Origin: Eledone cirrhosa
Lineage: Eukaryota
Assembly: GCA_964016885.1 (NCBI GenBank)
Contig: OZ024744.1
Coordinates: 13,454,001 to 13,518,000, forward strand
Reading direction: 5' to 3'
Length of the DNA: 64,000 nt
The position numbers and the translations under genes are program-made. The notes beneath the pieces were generated by a model. It had not been told where the DNA came from. It saw nothing but the letters and a program-made list of their open reading frames with translations, and made no database searches. Positions 26,101 through 40,000 of the stretch are shown in pieces. How positions within the stretch are numbered: position 1 is the first letter of the stretch; each line of letters begins with the position of its first letter.

Positions 26101-29100
26101 TCTCTAAATTGAGAGATCACAACTCCCATACTATGGACATGGGGTTTGAATGTCTCAGTAGATCAGAGAGTCACTCCAGTTAAAGCCACTCTCTAAATTG
26201 AGAGATCACAACTCCAATATTATGGACATGGGGTTTGAATGTCTCAGTAGATCAGAGAGTCACTTCAGTTAAAGCCACTCTCTAAATTAAGAGATCACAA
26301 CTTCCATACTATGGACATGTGGTTAGAATGTCTCAGTAGATCAGAGAGTCACTCCAGTTAAAGCCACTCTCTAAATTGAGAGATCACAACTCCAATACTA
26401 TGGTCATGTGGTTAGAATGTCTCAGTAGATCAGAGAGTCACTCCAGTTAAAGCCACTCTCTAAATTTAGAGATCACAACTCCAACACTATGGACATGGGC
26501 TTTCAATGTCTCAGTAGATCAGAGTGTCACTCCAGTTAAAGTTACTCTCTAAATTGAGAGATCACAACTCCAATAATATGGATATGGGGTTTGAATGTCT
26601 CAGTAGATCAGAGAGTCACTCCAGTTAAAGCTAATCTCTAAATTGAGAGATCACAACTCCCGTACTATGGACGTGTGGTTAGAATGTCTCAGTTGATCAG
26701 AGAATCACTCCAGTTAAAGCTACTCTCTAAATTGAGAGATCACATCTCCCATACTATGGACATGTGGTTAAAATGTCTCAGTAGATCAGGGTGTCATTCT
26801 TGTTAAAGCTACTCTCTAAATTGAGAGATCACAACTCCCATACTATGGACATGTGGTTACAATCTCTCAGTAGATCAGAGAGTCATTCCAGTTAAAACCA
26901 CTCTCTAAGTTGAAAGATCACAACTGCCATACTATGGACGTGTGGTTAGAATGTCTCAGTAGATCAAAAATAAATATCCAGTTTAAGCTACTCTCTAAAT
27001 TGAGAGATCACAACTCCCATACTATGGAAATGTGGTTAGAATGTCTCAGTAGATCAGAGAGTTACTCCAGTTAAAGCTACACTCTAAATTGAGAGATCAC
27101 AACTCCTATGCTATGGACATGGGGTTAGAATGTCTCAGTAGATCAGAGTGTCACTCCAGTTTAAGCCACTCTCTAAATTGAGGGATCACAACTCCAATAC
27201 TATGGACATGTTGTTAGAATGTCTCAGTAGATCAGAGAGTCACTCCAGTTAAAGCCACTCTCTAAATTGAGAGATCACAACTCCAATACTATGGACATAG
27301 GGTTTGAAAGTCTCAGTAGATTAGAGTGTCACTCCAGTTGAAGCTACTCTCTAAATTGAGAGATCACAACTCCAATACTATGGACATGGGGTTTGAATGT
27401 CTCAGTAGATCAGAGAGTCGCTCAAGTTAAAGCCACTCTCTAAATTGAGAGATCACAACTCCAATACTATGGACATGTGGTTAGAATGTCTCAGTAGATC
27501 AGAGTGTCACTCCAGTTAAAGCTACTCTCCCATACTATGGACATGTGGTTAGAATGTCTCAGTAGATTAGAGTGTCATTCCAGTTAAAGCTACTCTCTAA
27601 ATTGAGAGATCACAACTCTCATACTATGGACATGTGGGTAGAATGTCTCAGTAGATCAGAGAGTCATTCCAGTTAAAGCGACTAATTCTCTAAATTGAGA
27701 GATCACAACTCCCACACTATGGACATGTGGTTAGAATGTCTCAGTAGATCAGAGAGTCACTCCAGTTAAAGCCACTCTCTAATTTGAGAGATCACAACTT
27801 CCATACTATGGACATGTGGTTAGAATGTCTCAGTAGATCAGAGAATCACTCCAGTTAAAGCTACTCTCTAAATTGAGAGATCACAACTCCCATACTATGG
27901 ACGTGTGGTTAGAATGTCTCAGTAGATCAGAGAGTCACTCCAGTTAAAGCCACTCTCTAAATTGAGAGATCACAACTCCAATACTATGGACACGTGGTTA
28001 GAATGTCTCAGTAGATCAGAAAGTCACTCCAGTTAAAGCTACACTCTAAATTGAGAGATCACAACTCCTATACTATGGACATGGGGTTAGAATGTCTCAG
28101 TAGATCAGAGTGTCACTCCAGTTAAAGCCACTCTCTAAATTGTGGGATCACAACTCCCATACTATGGACATGTTGTTAGAATGTCTCAGTAGATCAGAGA
28201 GTCACTCCAGTTAAAGCCACTCTCTAAATTGAGAGATCACAACTCCAATACTATGGACATGTGGTTAGAATGTCTCAGTAGATCAGAGAGTCACTCCAGT
28301 TAAAGCCACTCTCTAAATTGAGAGATCACAACTCCAATACTATGGTCATGTGGTTAGAATGTCTCAGTAGATCAGAGAGTCACTCCAGTTAAAGCCACTC
28401 TCTAAATTTAGAGATCACAACTCCAACACTATGGACATGGGCTTTGAATGTCTCAGTAGATCAGAGTGTCACTCCAGTTAAAGTTACTCTCTAAATTGAG
28501 AGATCACAACTCCAATAATATGGACATGGGGTTTGAATGTCTCAGTAGATCAGAGAGTCACTCCAGTTAAAGCTAATTTCTAAATTGAGAGATCACAACT
28601 CCCGTACTATGGACGTGTGGTTAGAATGTCTCAGTTGATCAGAGAATCACTCCAGTTAAAGCTACTCTCTAAATTGAGAGATCACATCTCCCATACTATG
28701 GACATGTGGTTAAAATGTCTCAGTAGATCAGGGTGTCATTCTTGTTAAAGCTACTCTCTAAATTGAGAGATCACAACTCCCATACTATGGACATGTGGTT
28801 ACAATCTCTCAGTAGATCAGAGAGTCATTCCAGTTAAAACCACTCTCTAAGTTGAAAGATCACAACTCCCATACTATGGATGTGTGGTTAGAATGTCTCA
28901 GTAGATCAGAGAATCACGCCAGTTTAAGTTACTCTCTAAATTGAGAGATCACAACTCCCATATTATGGAAATGTGGTTAGAATGTCTCAGTAGATCAGAG
29001 AGTTACTCCAGTTAAAGCTACACTCTAAATTGAGAGATCACAACTCCTATGCTATGGACATGGGGTTAGAATGTCTCAGTAGATCAGAGAGTCACTCCAG

Positions 29101-32100
29101 TTAAAGCCACTCTCTAAATTGAGAGATCACAACTCCCATACTATGGACATGTTGTTAGAATGTCTCAGTAGATCAGAGAGTCACTCCAGTTAAAGCCACT
29201 CTCTAAATTGAGAGATCACAACTCCAATACCATGGACATAGGGTTTGAAAGTCGCAGTAGATTAGAGTGTCACTCCAGTTGAAGCTACTCTCTAAATTGA
29301 GAGATCACAACTCCAATACTATGGACATGGGGTTTGAATGTCTCAGTAGATCAGAAAGTCGCTCAAGTTAAAGCCACTCTCTAAATTGAGAGATCACATC
29401 TCCAATACTATGGACATGTGGTTAGAATGTCTCAGTAGATCAGAGTGTCACTCCAGTTAAAACTACTCTCTAAATTGAGAGATTACAACACCCATACTAT
29501 GGACATGTGGTTAGAATGTCTCAGTAGATTAGAGTGTCATTCCAGTTAAAGCTACTCTCTAAATTGAGAGATCACAACTCCCATACTATGGACATGTAGG
29601 TAGAATGTCTCAGTAGATCAGAGAGTCACTCCAGTTAAAGCTACTCTCTAAATTGAAACATCACAACTCCCATACTATGGACATGTTGTTAGAATGTCTC
29701 AGTAGATCAGAGAGTCACTCCAGTTAAAGCCACTCTCTAAATTGAGAGATCACAACTCCAAAACTATGGACATGTGGTTAGAACGTCTCAGTAGATCAGA
29801 GAGTCACTCCAGTCAAAGCGACTAATTCTCTAAATTGAGAGATCACAACTCCCACACTATGGACATGTGGGTAGAATGTCTCAGTAGATCAGAGAGTCAC
29901 TCCAGTTAAAGCCACTCTCTAAATTGAGAGATCACAACTCCAATACTATGGACACGTGGTTAGAATGTCTCAGTAGATCAGAAAGTCACTCCAGTTAAAG
30001 CTACACTCTAAATTGAGAGATCACAACTCACATACTATGGACATGTTGTTAGAATGTCTCAGTAGATCAGAGAGTCACTCCAGTTAAAGCCACTCTCTAA
30101 ATTGAGAGATCACAACTCCAATACTATGGACATGTAGGTAGAATGTCTCAGTAGATCAGAGAGTCACTCCAGTTAAAGCCACTCTCTAATTTGAGAGATC
30201 ACAACTTCCATACTATGGACATGTGGTTAGAATGTCTCAGTAGATCAGAGAATCACTCCAGTTAAAGCTACTCTCTAAATTGAGAGATCACAACTCCATA
30301 CTATGGACATGTGGTTAGAATCTCTCAGTAGATCAGAGAGTCATTCCAGTTAAAGCCACTCTCTAAATTGAGAGATCACAACTCCCATACTATGGACGTG
30401 TGGTTAGAATGTCTCAGTAGATCAGAGAGTCACTCCAGTTAAAGCCACTCTCTAAATTGAGAGATCACAACTCCAATACTATGGACACGTGGTTAGAATG
30501 TCTCAGTAGATCAGAAAGTCACTCCAGTTAAAGCTACACTCTAAATTGAGAGATCACAACTCACATACTATGGACATGTTGTTAGAATGTCTCAGTAGAT
30601 CAGAGAGTCACTCCAGTTAAAGCCACTCTCTAAATTGAGAGATCACAACTCCAATACTATGGACATGTGGTTAGAATGTCTCAGTAGATCAGAATGTCAC
30701 TCCAGTTAAAGCTACACTCTAAATTGAGAGATCACAACTCCTATACTATGGACATGGGGTTAGAATGTCTCAGTAGATCAGAAAGTCACTCCAGTTAAAG
30801 CTACACTCTAAATTGAGAGATCACAACTCCAATACTATGGACATGGGGTTAGAATGTCTCAGTAGATCAGAGTGTCACTCCAGTTAAAGCCACTCTCTAA
30901 ATTGAGGGATCACAACTCCCATAATATAGACATGTGGTTAGAATGTCTCAGTAGATCAGAGAGTCACTCCAGTTAAAGCTACTCTTTAAATTGAGAGATC
31001 ACAACTCCCATACTATGGACATGTGGTTTGAAAGTCTCAGTAGATTAGAGTGTCACTACAGTTAAAGCTACTCTCTAAATTGAGAGATCACAACTCCAAT
31101 ACTATGGACATGGGGTTTGAATGTCTCAGTAGATCAGAGAGTCACTCTTGTTAAAGCTACTCTCTAAATTGAGAGATCACAACTCCCATACTATGGACAT
31201 GTTGTTTAAATGTCTCAGTAGATCAGAGAGTCACTCCAGTTAAAGCTGCTCTCTAAATTGAGAGATCACAACTCCCATACTATGGACATGGGGTTTGAAT
31301 GTCTCACTAGATCAGAGAGTCACTCCAGTTAAAGCTACTCTCTAAATTGAGAGATCACAACTCCAATACTATGGACATGTGGTTAGAATGTCTCAGTAGA
31401 TCAGAGAATCACTCCAGTTAAAGCTACTCTCTAAATTGAGAGATCACATCTCCCATACTATGGACATGTGGTTAGAATGTCTCTGTAGAACAGAGAGTCT
31501 CTCTTGTTAAAGCTACTCTCTAAATTGAGAGATCACAACTCCATACTATGGACATGTGGTTAGAATCTCTCAGTAGATCAGAGAGTCACTCCAGTTAAAG
31601 CCACTCTCTAAATTGAGAGATCACAACTCCAATACTATGGACATGGGGTTTGAAAGTCTCAGTAGATTAGAGTGTCACTCCAGTTAAAGCAACTCTCTAA
31701 ATTGAGAGATCACAACTCCAATACTATGGACATGGGGTTTGAATGTCGCAGTAGATCAGAGAGTCGCTCAAGTTAAAGCCACTCTCTAAATTGAGAGACC
31801 ACAACTCCAATACTATGGACATGTGGTTAGAATGTCTCAGTAGATCAGAGAGTCACTCCAGTTAAAGCCACTATCTAAATTGAGAGATCACAACTCCAAT
31901 ACTATGGTCATGTGGTTAGAATGTCTCAGTAGTTCAGAGAGTCACTCCAGTTAAAGCCACTCTCTAAATTCAGAGATCACAACTCCAACACTATGGACAT
32001 GGGCTTTGAATGTCTCAGTAGATCAGAGTGTCACTCCAGTTAAAGTTACTCTCTAAATTGAGAGATCACAACTCCAATAATATGGACATGGGGTTCGAAT

Positions 32101-35100
32101 GTCTCAGTAGATCAGAGAGTCACTCCAGTTAAAGCTAATCTCTAAATTGAGAGATCACAACTCCCGTACTATGGACGTGTGGTTAGAATGTCTCAGTTGA
32201 TCAGAGAATCACTCCAGTTAAAGCTACTCTCTAAATTGAGAGATCACATCTCCCATACTATGGACATGTGGTTAGAATGTCTCAGTAGATCAGGGAGTCA
32301 TTCTTGTTAAAGCTACTTTCTAAATTGAGAGATCACAACTCCCATACTATGGACATGTGGTTACAATCTCTCAGTAGATCAGAGAGTCTCTCCAGTTAAA
32401 GCTACTCTCTAAATTGAGAGATCACAACTCCCATACTATGGAAATCAGGTTAGAATGTCTCAGTAGATCAGAGAGGTACTCCAGTTAAAGCTACACTCTA
32501 AATTGAGAGATCACAACTCCTATGCTAAGGACATGGGGTTAGAATGTCTCAGTAGATCAGAGTGTCACTCCAGTTTAAGCCACTCTCTAAATTGAGGGAT
32601 CACAACTCCCATACTATGGACATGTTGTTAGAATGTCTCAGTAGATCAGAGAGTCACTCCAGTTAAAGCCACTCTCTAAATTGAGAGATCACAACTCCAA
32701 TACTATGGACATGTGGTTAGAAAGTCTCAGTAGATTAGAGTGTCACTCCAGTTGAAGCTACTCTCTAAATTGAGAGATTACAACTCCCATACTATGGACA
32801 TGTGGTTAGAACGTCTCAGTAGATTAGAGTGTCATTCCAGTTAAAGCTACTCTCTAAATTGAGAGATCACAACTCCCATACTATGGACATGTGGGTAGAA
32901 TGTCTCAGTAGATCAGAGAGTCACTCCAGTTAAAGCGACTAATTCTCTAAATTGAGAGATCACAACTCCCATACTATGGACATGTGGTTAGAATGTCTCA
33001 GTAGATCAGAGTGTCACTCCAGTTAAAGCTACTCTCTAAATTGAGAGATTACAACTCCTATACTATGGACATGGGGTTAGAATGTCTCAGTAGATCAGAG
33101 TGTCACTCCAGTTAAAGCCACTCTCTCAATTGAAACATCACAACTCCCATACTATGGACATGTTGTTAGAATGTCTCAGTAGATCAGAGAGTCGCTCAAG
33201 TTAAAGCCACTCTCTAAATTGAGAGATCACAACTCCAATACTATGGACATGTGGTTAGAAAGTCTCAGTAGATCAGAGTGTCACTCCAGTTAAAGCTACT
33301 CTCTAAATTGAGAGATCATATCTCCCATACTATGGACATGTGGTTAGAATGTCTCAGTAGATCAGAGAGTCACTCTTGTTAAAGCTATTCTCTAAATTGA
33401 GAGATCACAACTCCCATACTATGGACATGTTGTTTAAATGTCTCAGTAGATCAGAAAGTCACTCCAGTTAAAGCTACACTCTAAATTGAGAGATCACAAC
33501 TCCTATACTATGGACGTGGGGTTAGAATGTCTCAGTAGATCAGAAAGTCACTCCAGTTAAAGCTACACTCTAAATTGAGAGATCACAACTCCGATACTAT
33601 GGACATGTGGTTAGAATGTCTCAGTAGATCAGAGAATCACTCCAGTTAAAGCTACTCTCTAAATTGAGAGATCACATCTCCCATACTATGGAAATGTGGT
33701 TAGAATGTCTCAGTAGAACAGAGAGTCTCTCTTGTTAAAGCTACTCTCTAAATTGAGAGATCACAACTCCCAAACTATGGAAACGTGGTTAGAATGTCTC
33801 AGTAGATCAGAGATTCACTCCAGTTAAAGCCACTCTCTAAATTGAGAGATCACAACTCCCATACTATGGACATGTGGTTAGAATGGCTCAGTAGATCAGA
33901 GAGTCACTCCAGTTAAAGCTGCTCTCTAAATTGAGAGAACACAACTCCCATACTATGGACATGTGGTTACAATCTCTCAGTAGATCAGAGAGTCATTCCA
34001 GTTAAAGCCACTCTCTAAGTTGAAAGATCACAACTCCCATACTATGGACGTGTGGTTAGAATGTCTCAGTAGATCAGAGAATCACTCCAGTTTAAGCTAC
34101 TCTCTAAATTGAGAGATCACAACTCCCATACTATGGAAATGTGGTTAGAATGTCTCAGTAGATCAGAGAGGTACTCCAGTTAAAGCTACACTCTAAATTG
34201 AGAGATCACAACTCCTATGCTATGGACATGGGGTTAGAATGTCTCAGTAGATCAGAGTGTCACTCCAGTTTAAGCCACTCTCTAAATTGAGGGATCACAA
34301 CTCCCATACTATGGACATGTTTTTAGAATGTCTCAGTAGATCAGAGAGTCACTCCAGTTAAAGCCACTCTCTAAATTGAGAGATCACAACTCCAATACTA
34401 TGGACATGGGCTTTGAAAGTCTCAGTAGATTAGAGTGTCACTCCAGTTGAAGCTACTCTCTAAATTGAGAGATCACAACTCCAATACTATGGACATGGGG
34501 TTTGAATGTCTCAGTAGATCAGAGAGTCGCTCAAGTTAAAGCAACTCTCTAAATTGAGAGATCACAACTCCAATACTATGGACATATGGTTAGAATGTCT
34601 CAGTAGATCAGAGTGTCACTCCAGTTAAAGCTACTCTCTAAATTGAGAGATTACAACTCCCATACTATGGACATTTGGTTAGAACGTCTCAGTAGATTAG
34701 AGTGTCATTCCAGTTAAAGCTACTCTCTAAATTGAGAGATCACAACTCCCATACTATGGACATGTGGGTAGAATGTCTCAGTAGATCAGAGAGTCACTCC
34801 AGTTAAAGCGACTAATTCTCTAAATTGAGAGATCACAACTCCCATACTATGGACATGTGGTTAGAATGTCTCAGTAGATTAGAGTGTCATTCCAGTTAAA
34901 GCTACTCTCTAAATTGAGAGATCACAACTCCAATACTATGGACATGTGGTTAGAATATCTCAGTAGATCAGAGTGTCACTCCAGTTAAAGCTACTCTCTA
35001 AATTGAGAGATTACAACTCCTATACTATGGACATGGGGTTAGAATGTCTCAGTAGATCAGAGTGTCACTCCAGTTAAAGCCACTCTCTAAATTGAAACAT

Positions 35101-37049
35101 CACAACTCCCATACTATGGACATGTTGTTAGAATGTCTCAGTAGATCAGAGAGTCACTCCAGTTAAAGCCACTCTCTAAATTGAGAGATCACAACTCCAA
35201 TACTATGGACATGGGGTTTGAAAGTCTCAGTAGATTTGAGTGTCACTCCAGTTAAAGCTACTCTCTAAATTGAGAGATCACAACTCCAATATTATGGACA
35301 TGGGGTTTGAATGTCTCAGTAGATCAGAGAGTCGCTCAAGTTAAAGCCACTCTCTAAATTGAGAGATCACAACTCCAATACTATGGACATGTGGTTAGAA
35401 TGTCTCAGTAGATCAGAGTGTCACTCCAGTTAAAGCTACTCTCCCATACTATGGACATGTGGTTAGAATGTCTCAGTAGATTAGAGTGTCATTCCAGTTA
35501 AAGCTACTCTCTAAATTGAGAGATCACAACTCCCATACTATGGACATGTGGGTAGAATGTCTCAGTAGATCAGAGAGTCACTCCTGTTAAAGCGACTAAT
35601 TCTCTAAATTGAGAGATCACAACTCCCACACTATGGACATGTGGTTAGAATGTCTCAGTAGATCAGAGAGTCACTCCAGTTAAAGCCACTCTCTAATTTG
35701 AGAGATCACATCTTCCATACTATGGACATGTGGTTAGAATGTCTCAGTAGATAGGAGAATCACTCCAGTTAAAGCTACTCTCTAAATTGAGAGATCACAT
35801 CTCCCATACTATGGACATGTGGTTAGAATCTCTCAGTAGATCAGAGAGTCATTCCAGTTAAAGCCACTCTCTAAATTGAGAGATCACAACTCCCATACCT
35901 TGGACGTGTGGTTAGAATGTATCAGTAGATCAGAGAATCATTCCAGTTAAAGCTACTCTCTAAATTGAGAGATCACAACTCCCATACTATGGACATGTGG
36001 TTAGAATGTCTCAGTAGATTAGAGTGTCACTCCATTTTAAGCTACTCTCTAAATTGAGAGATCACAACTCCAATACTATGGACATGGGATTTGAATGTCT
36101 CAGTAGATCAGAGAGTCGCTCAAGTTAAAGCCACTCTCTAAATTGTGAGATCACAACTCCAATACTATGGACATGTGGTTAGAATGTCTCAGTAGCTCAG
36201 AGTGTCACTCGAGTTAAAGCCACTCTCTAAATTGAGAGATCACAACTTCCATAAAATGGACATGTGGTTAGAATGTCTCAGTAGATCAGAGAGTCACTCC
36301 AGTTAAAGCCACTCTCTAAATTGAGAGATCACAACTCCTATACTATGGATATAGGGTTAGAATGTCTCAGTAGATCAGTGTGTCACTCCAGTTAAAGCCA
36401 CTCTCTAAATTGAGAGATCACAATTCCCATACTATGGACATGTGGTTAGAATGTCTCAGTAGATCAGAGAGTCACTCCAGTTAAAGCCACTCTCTAAATT
36501 GAGAGATCACAACTCCAATACTATGGTCATGTGGTTAGAACGTCTCAGTAGATCAGAGAGTCACTCCAGTTAAAGCCACTCTCTAAATTCAGAGATCACA
36601 ACTCCAACACTATGGGCATGGGGTTTGAATGTCTCAGTAGATCAGAGTGTCACTCCAGTTAAAGTTACTCTCTAAATTGAGAGATCACAACTCCAATAGT
36701 ATGGACATGTGGTTTCAATGTCTCAGTAGATCAGGGAGTCACTCCAGTTAAAGCTACTCTCTAAATTGAGAGATCACAACTCCAATACTATGGACATGTG
36801 GTTAGAATGTCTCAGTAGATCAGAGGGTCATTCCAGTTAAAGCCACTCTCTAAATTGAGAGATCACACTCCCGTACTATGGACGTGTGGTTAGAATGTCT
36901 CAGTAGATCAGAGAATCACTTCAGTTAAAGCTACTCTCTAAATTGAGAGATCACATCTCCCATACTATGGACATGTGGTTAGAATGTCTCAGTAGATCAG
37001 GGAGTCATTCTTGTTAAAGCTACTCTCTAAATTGAGAGATCACAACTCC

Positions 37050-40000
37050 CATACTATGGACATGTTGTTAGAATGTCTCAGTAGATCAGAGTGTCACTCC
37101 ATTTAAAGCCACTCTCTAAATTGAGGGATCACAACTCCCATACTATGGACATGTTGTTAGAATGTCTCAGTAGATTAGAGAGTCACTCCAATTAAAGCCA
37201 CTCTCTAAATTGAGAGATCACAACTCCAATACTATGGACATGGGGTTTGAAAGTCTCAGTAGATTAGAGTGTCGCTCCAGTTAAAGCTACTCTCTAAATT
37301 GAGAGATCACAACTCCAATACTATGGACATGGGGTTTGAATGTCTCAGTAGATCAGAGAGTCGCTCAAGTTAAAGCCACTCTATAAATTGAGAGATCACA
37401 ACTCCAATACTATGAACATGTGGTTAGAATGTCTCAGTAGATCAGAGTGTCACTCCAGTTAAAGCTACTCTCTAAATTGAGAGATCACAACTCCCATACT
37501 ATGGACATGTGGTTAGAATGTATCAGTAGATTAGAGTGTCATTCCAGTTAAAGCTACTCTCTAAATTGAGAGATCACAACTCCCATACTATGGCCATGTG
37601 GGTAGAATGTCTCAGTAGATCAGAGAGTCACTCCAGTTAAAGCGACTAATTCTCTAAATTGAGAGATCACAACTCCCATACTATGGACATGTGGTTAGAA
37701 TGTCTCAGTAGATCAGAGAGTCACTCCAGTTAAAGCCACTCTCTAATTTGAGAGATCACATCTTCCATACTATGGACATGGGGTTTGAATGTCTCAGTAG
37801 ATCAGAGATTCACTCCAGTTAAAGCTACTCTCTAAATTGAGAGATTACAACTCCAATACTATGGACATGTGGTTAGAATTTCTCAGTAGATTAGAGAGTC
37901 ACTCCAGTTAAAGCCACTCTTTAAATTGAGAGATCACAACTTCCATACTATTGACATGTGGTTAGAATGTTTCAGTAGATCAGAGAGTCACTTCAGTTAA
38001 AGCCACTCTCTAAATTGAGAGATCACAACTCCAATAGTATGGTCATGTGGTTAGAATGTCTCAGTAGATCAGAGAGTCACTCCAGTTAAAGCCACTCTCT
38101 AAATTGAGAGATCACAACTCCCATACTATGGACATGTGGTTAGAATGTCTCAGTAGATCAGGGAGTCATTCTTGTTAAAGCTACTCTCTAAATTGAGATA
38201 TCACAACTCCCATACTATGGACATGTGCTTACAATCTCTCAGTAGATCAGAGAGTCATTCCACTTAAAGCCACTCTCTAAATTGAGAGATCACAACTACC
38301 ATACTATGGACGTGTGGTTAGAATGTCTCAGTAGATCAGAGAATCACTCCAGTTAAAGCTACTCTCTAAATTGAGAGATCACAACTACCATACTATGAAC
38401 ATGTGGTTAGAATGTCTCAGTAGATCAGAGAGTCACTCCAGTTAAAGCTACTCTCTAAATTGAGAGATCACAACTCCCATACTATGGAAATGTGGTTAGA
38501 ATGTCTCAGTAGATCAGAGAGTCACTCCAGTTAAAGCCACTCTCTAAATTGAGAGATCACAACTTCCATAAAATGGACATGTGGTTAGAATGTCTCAGTA
38601 GATCAGAGAGTCACTCCAGTTAAAGCCACTCTCTAAATTGAGAGATCACAACTCCTATACTATGGATATAGGGTTAGAATGTCCCAGTAGATCAGTGTGT
38701 CACTCCAGTTAAAGCCACTCTCTAAATTGAGAGATCACAATTCCCATACTATGGACATGTGGTTAGAATGTCTCAGTAGATCAGGGAGTCATTCTTGTTA
38801 AAGCTACTCTCTAAATTGAGAGATCACAACTCCCATACTATGGACATGTGGTTAGAATGTCTCAGTAGATCAGAGTGTCACTCCAGTTAAAGCCACTCTC
38901 TAAATTGAGGGATCACAACTCCCATACTATGGACATGTTGTTAGAATGTCTCAGTAGATCAGAGAGTCACTCCAATTAAAGCCACTCTCTAAATTGAGAG
39001 ATCACAACTCCAATACTATGGACATGGGGTTTGAAAGTCTCAGTAGATTAGAGTGTCACTCCAGTTAAAGCTACTCTCTAAATTGAGAGATCACAACTCC
39101 AATACTATGGACATGGGGTTTGAATGTCTCAGTAGATCAGAGAGTCGCTCAAGTTAAAGCCACTCTATAAATTGAGAGATCACAACTCCAATACTATGAA
39201 CATGTGGTTAGAATGTCTCAGTAGATCAGAGTATCACTCCAGTTAAAGCTACTCTCTAAATTGAGAGATCACAACTCCCATACTATGGACATGTGGTTAG
39301 AATGTATCAGTAGATTAGAGTGTCATTCCAGTTAAAGCTACTCTCTAAATTGAGAGATCACAACTCCCATACTATGGCCATGTGGGTTGAATGTCTCAGT
39401 AGATCAGAGAGTCACTCCAGTTAAAGCGACTAATTCTTTAAATTGAGAGATCACAACTCCCATACTATGGACATGTGGTTAGAATGTCTCAGTAGATCAG
39501 AGAGTCACTCCAGTTAAAGCCACTCTCTAATTTGAGAGATCACATCTTCCATACTATAGACATGGGGTTTGAATGTCTCAGTAGATCAGAGATTCACTCC
39601 AGTTAAAGCTACTCTCTAAATTGAGAGATTACAACTCCAATACTATGGACATTTGGTTAGAATTTCTCAGTAGATTAGAGAGTCACTCCAGTTAAAGCCA
39701 CTCTTTAAATTGAGAGATCACAACTTCCATACTATTGACATGTGGTTAGAATGTTTCAGTAGATCAGAGAGTCACTTCAGTTAAAGCCACTCTCTAAATT
39801 GAGAGATCACAACTCCAATAGTATGGTCATGTGGTTAGAATGTCTCAGTAGATCAGAGAGTCACTCCAGTTAAAGCCACTCTCTAAATTGAGAGATCACA
39901 ACTCCCATACTATGGACATGTGGTTAGAATGTCTCAGTAGATCAGGGAGTCATTCTTGTTAAAGCTACTCTCTAAATTGAGAGATCACAACTCCCATACT

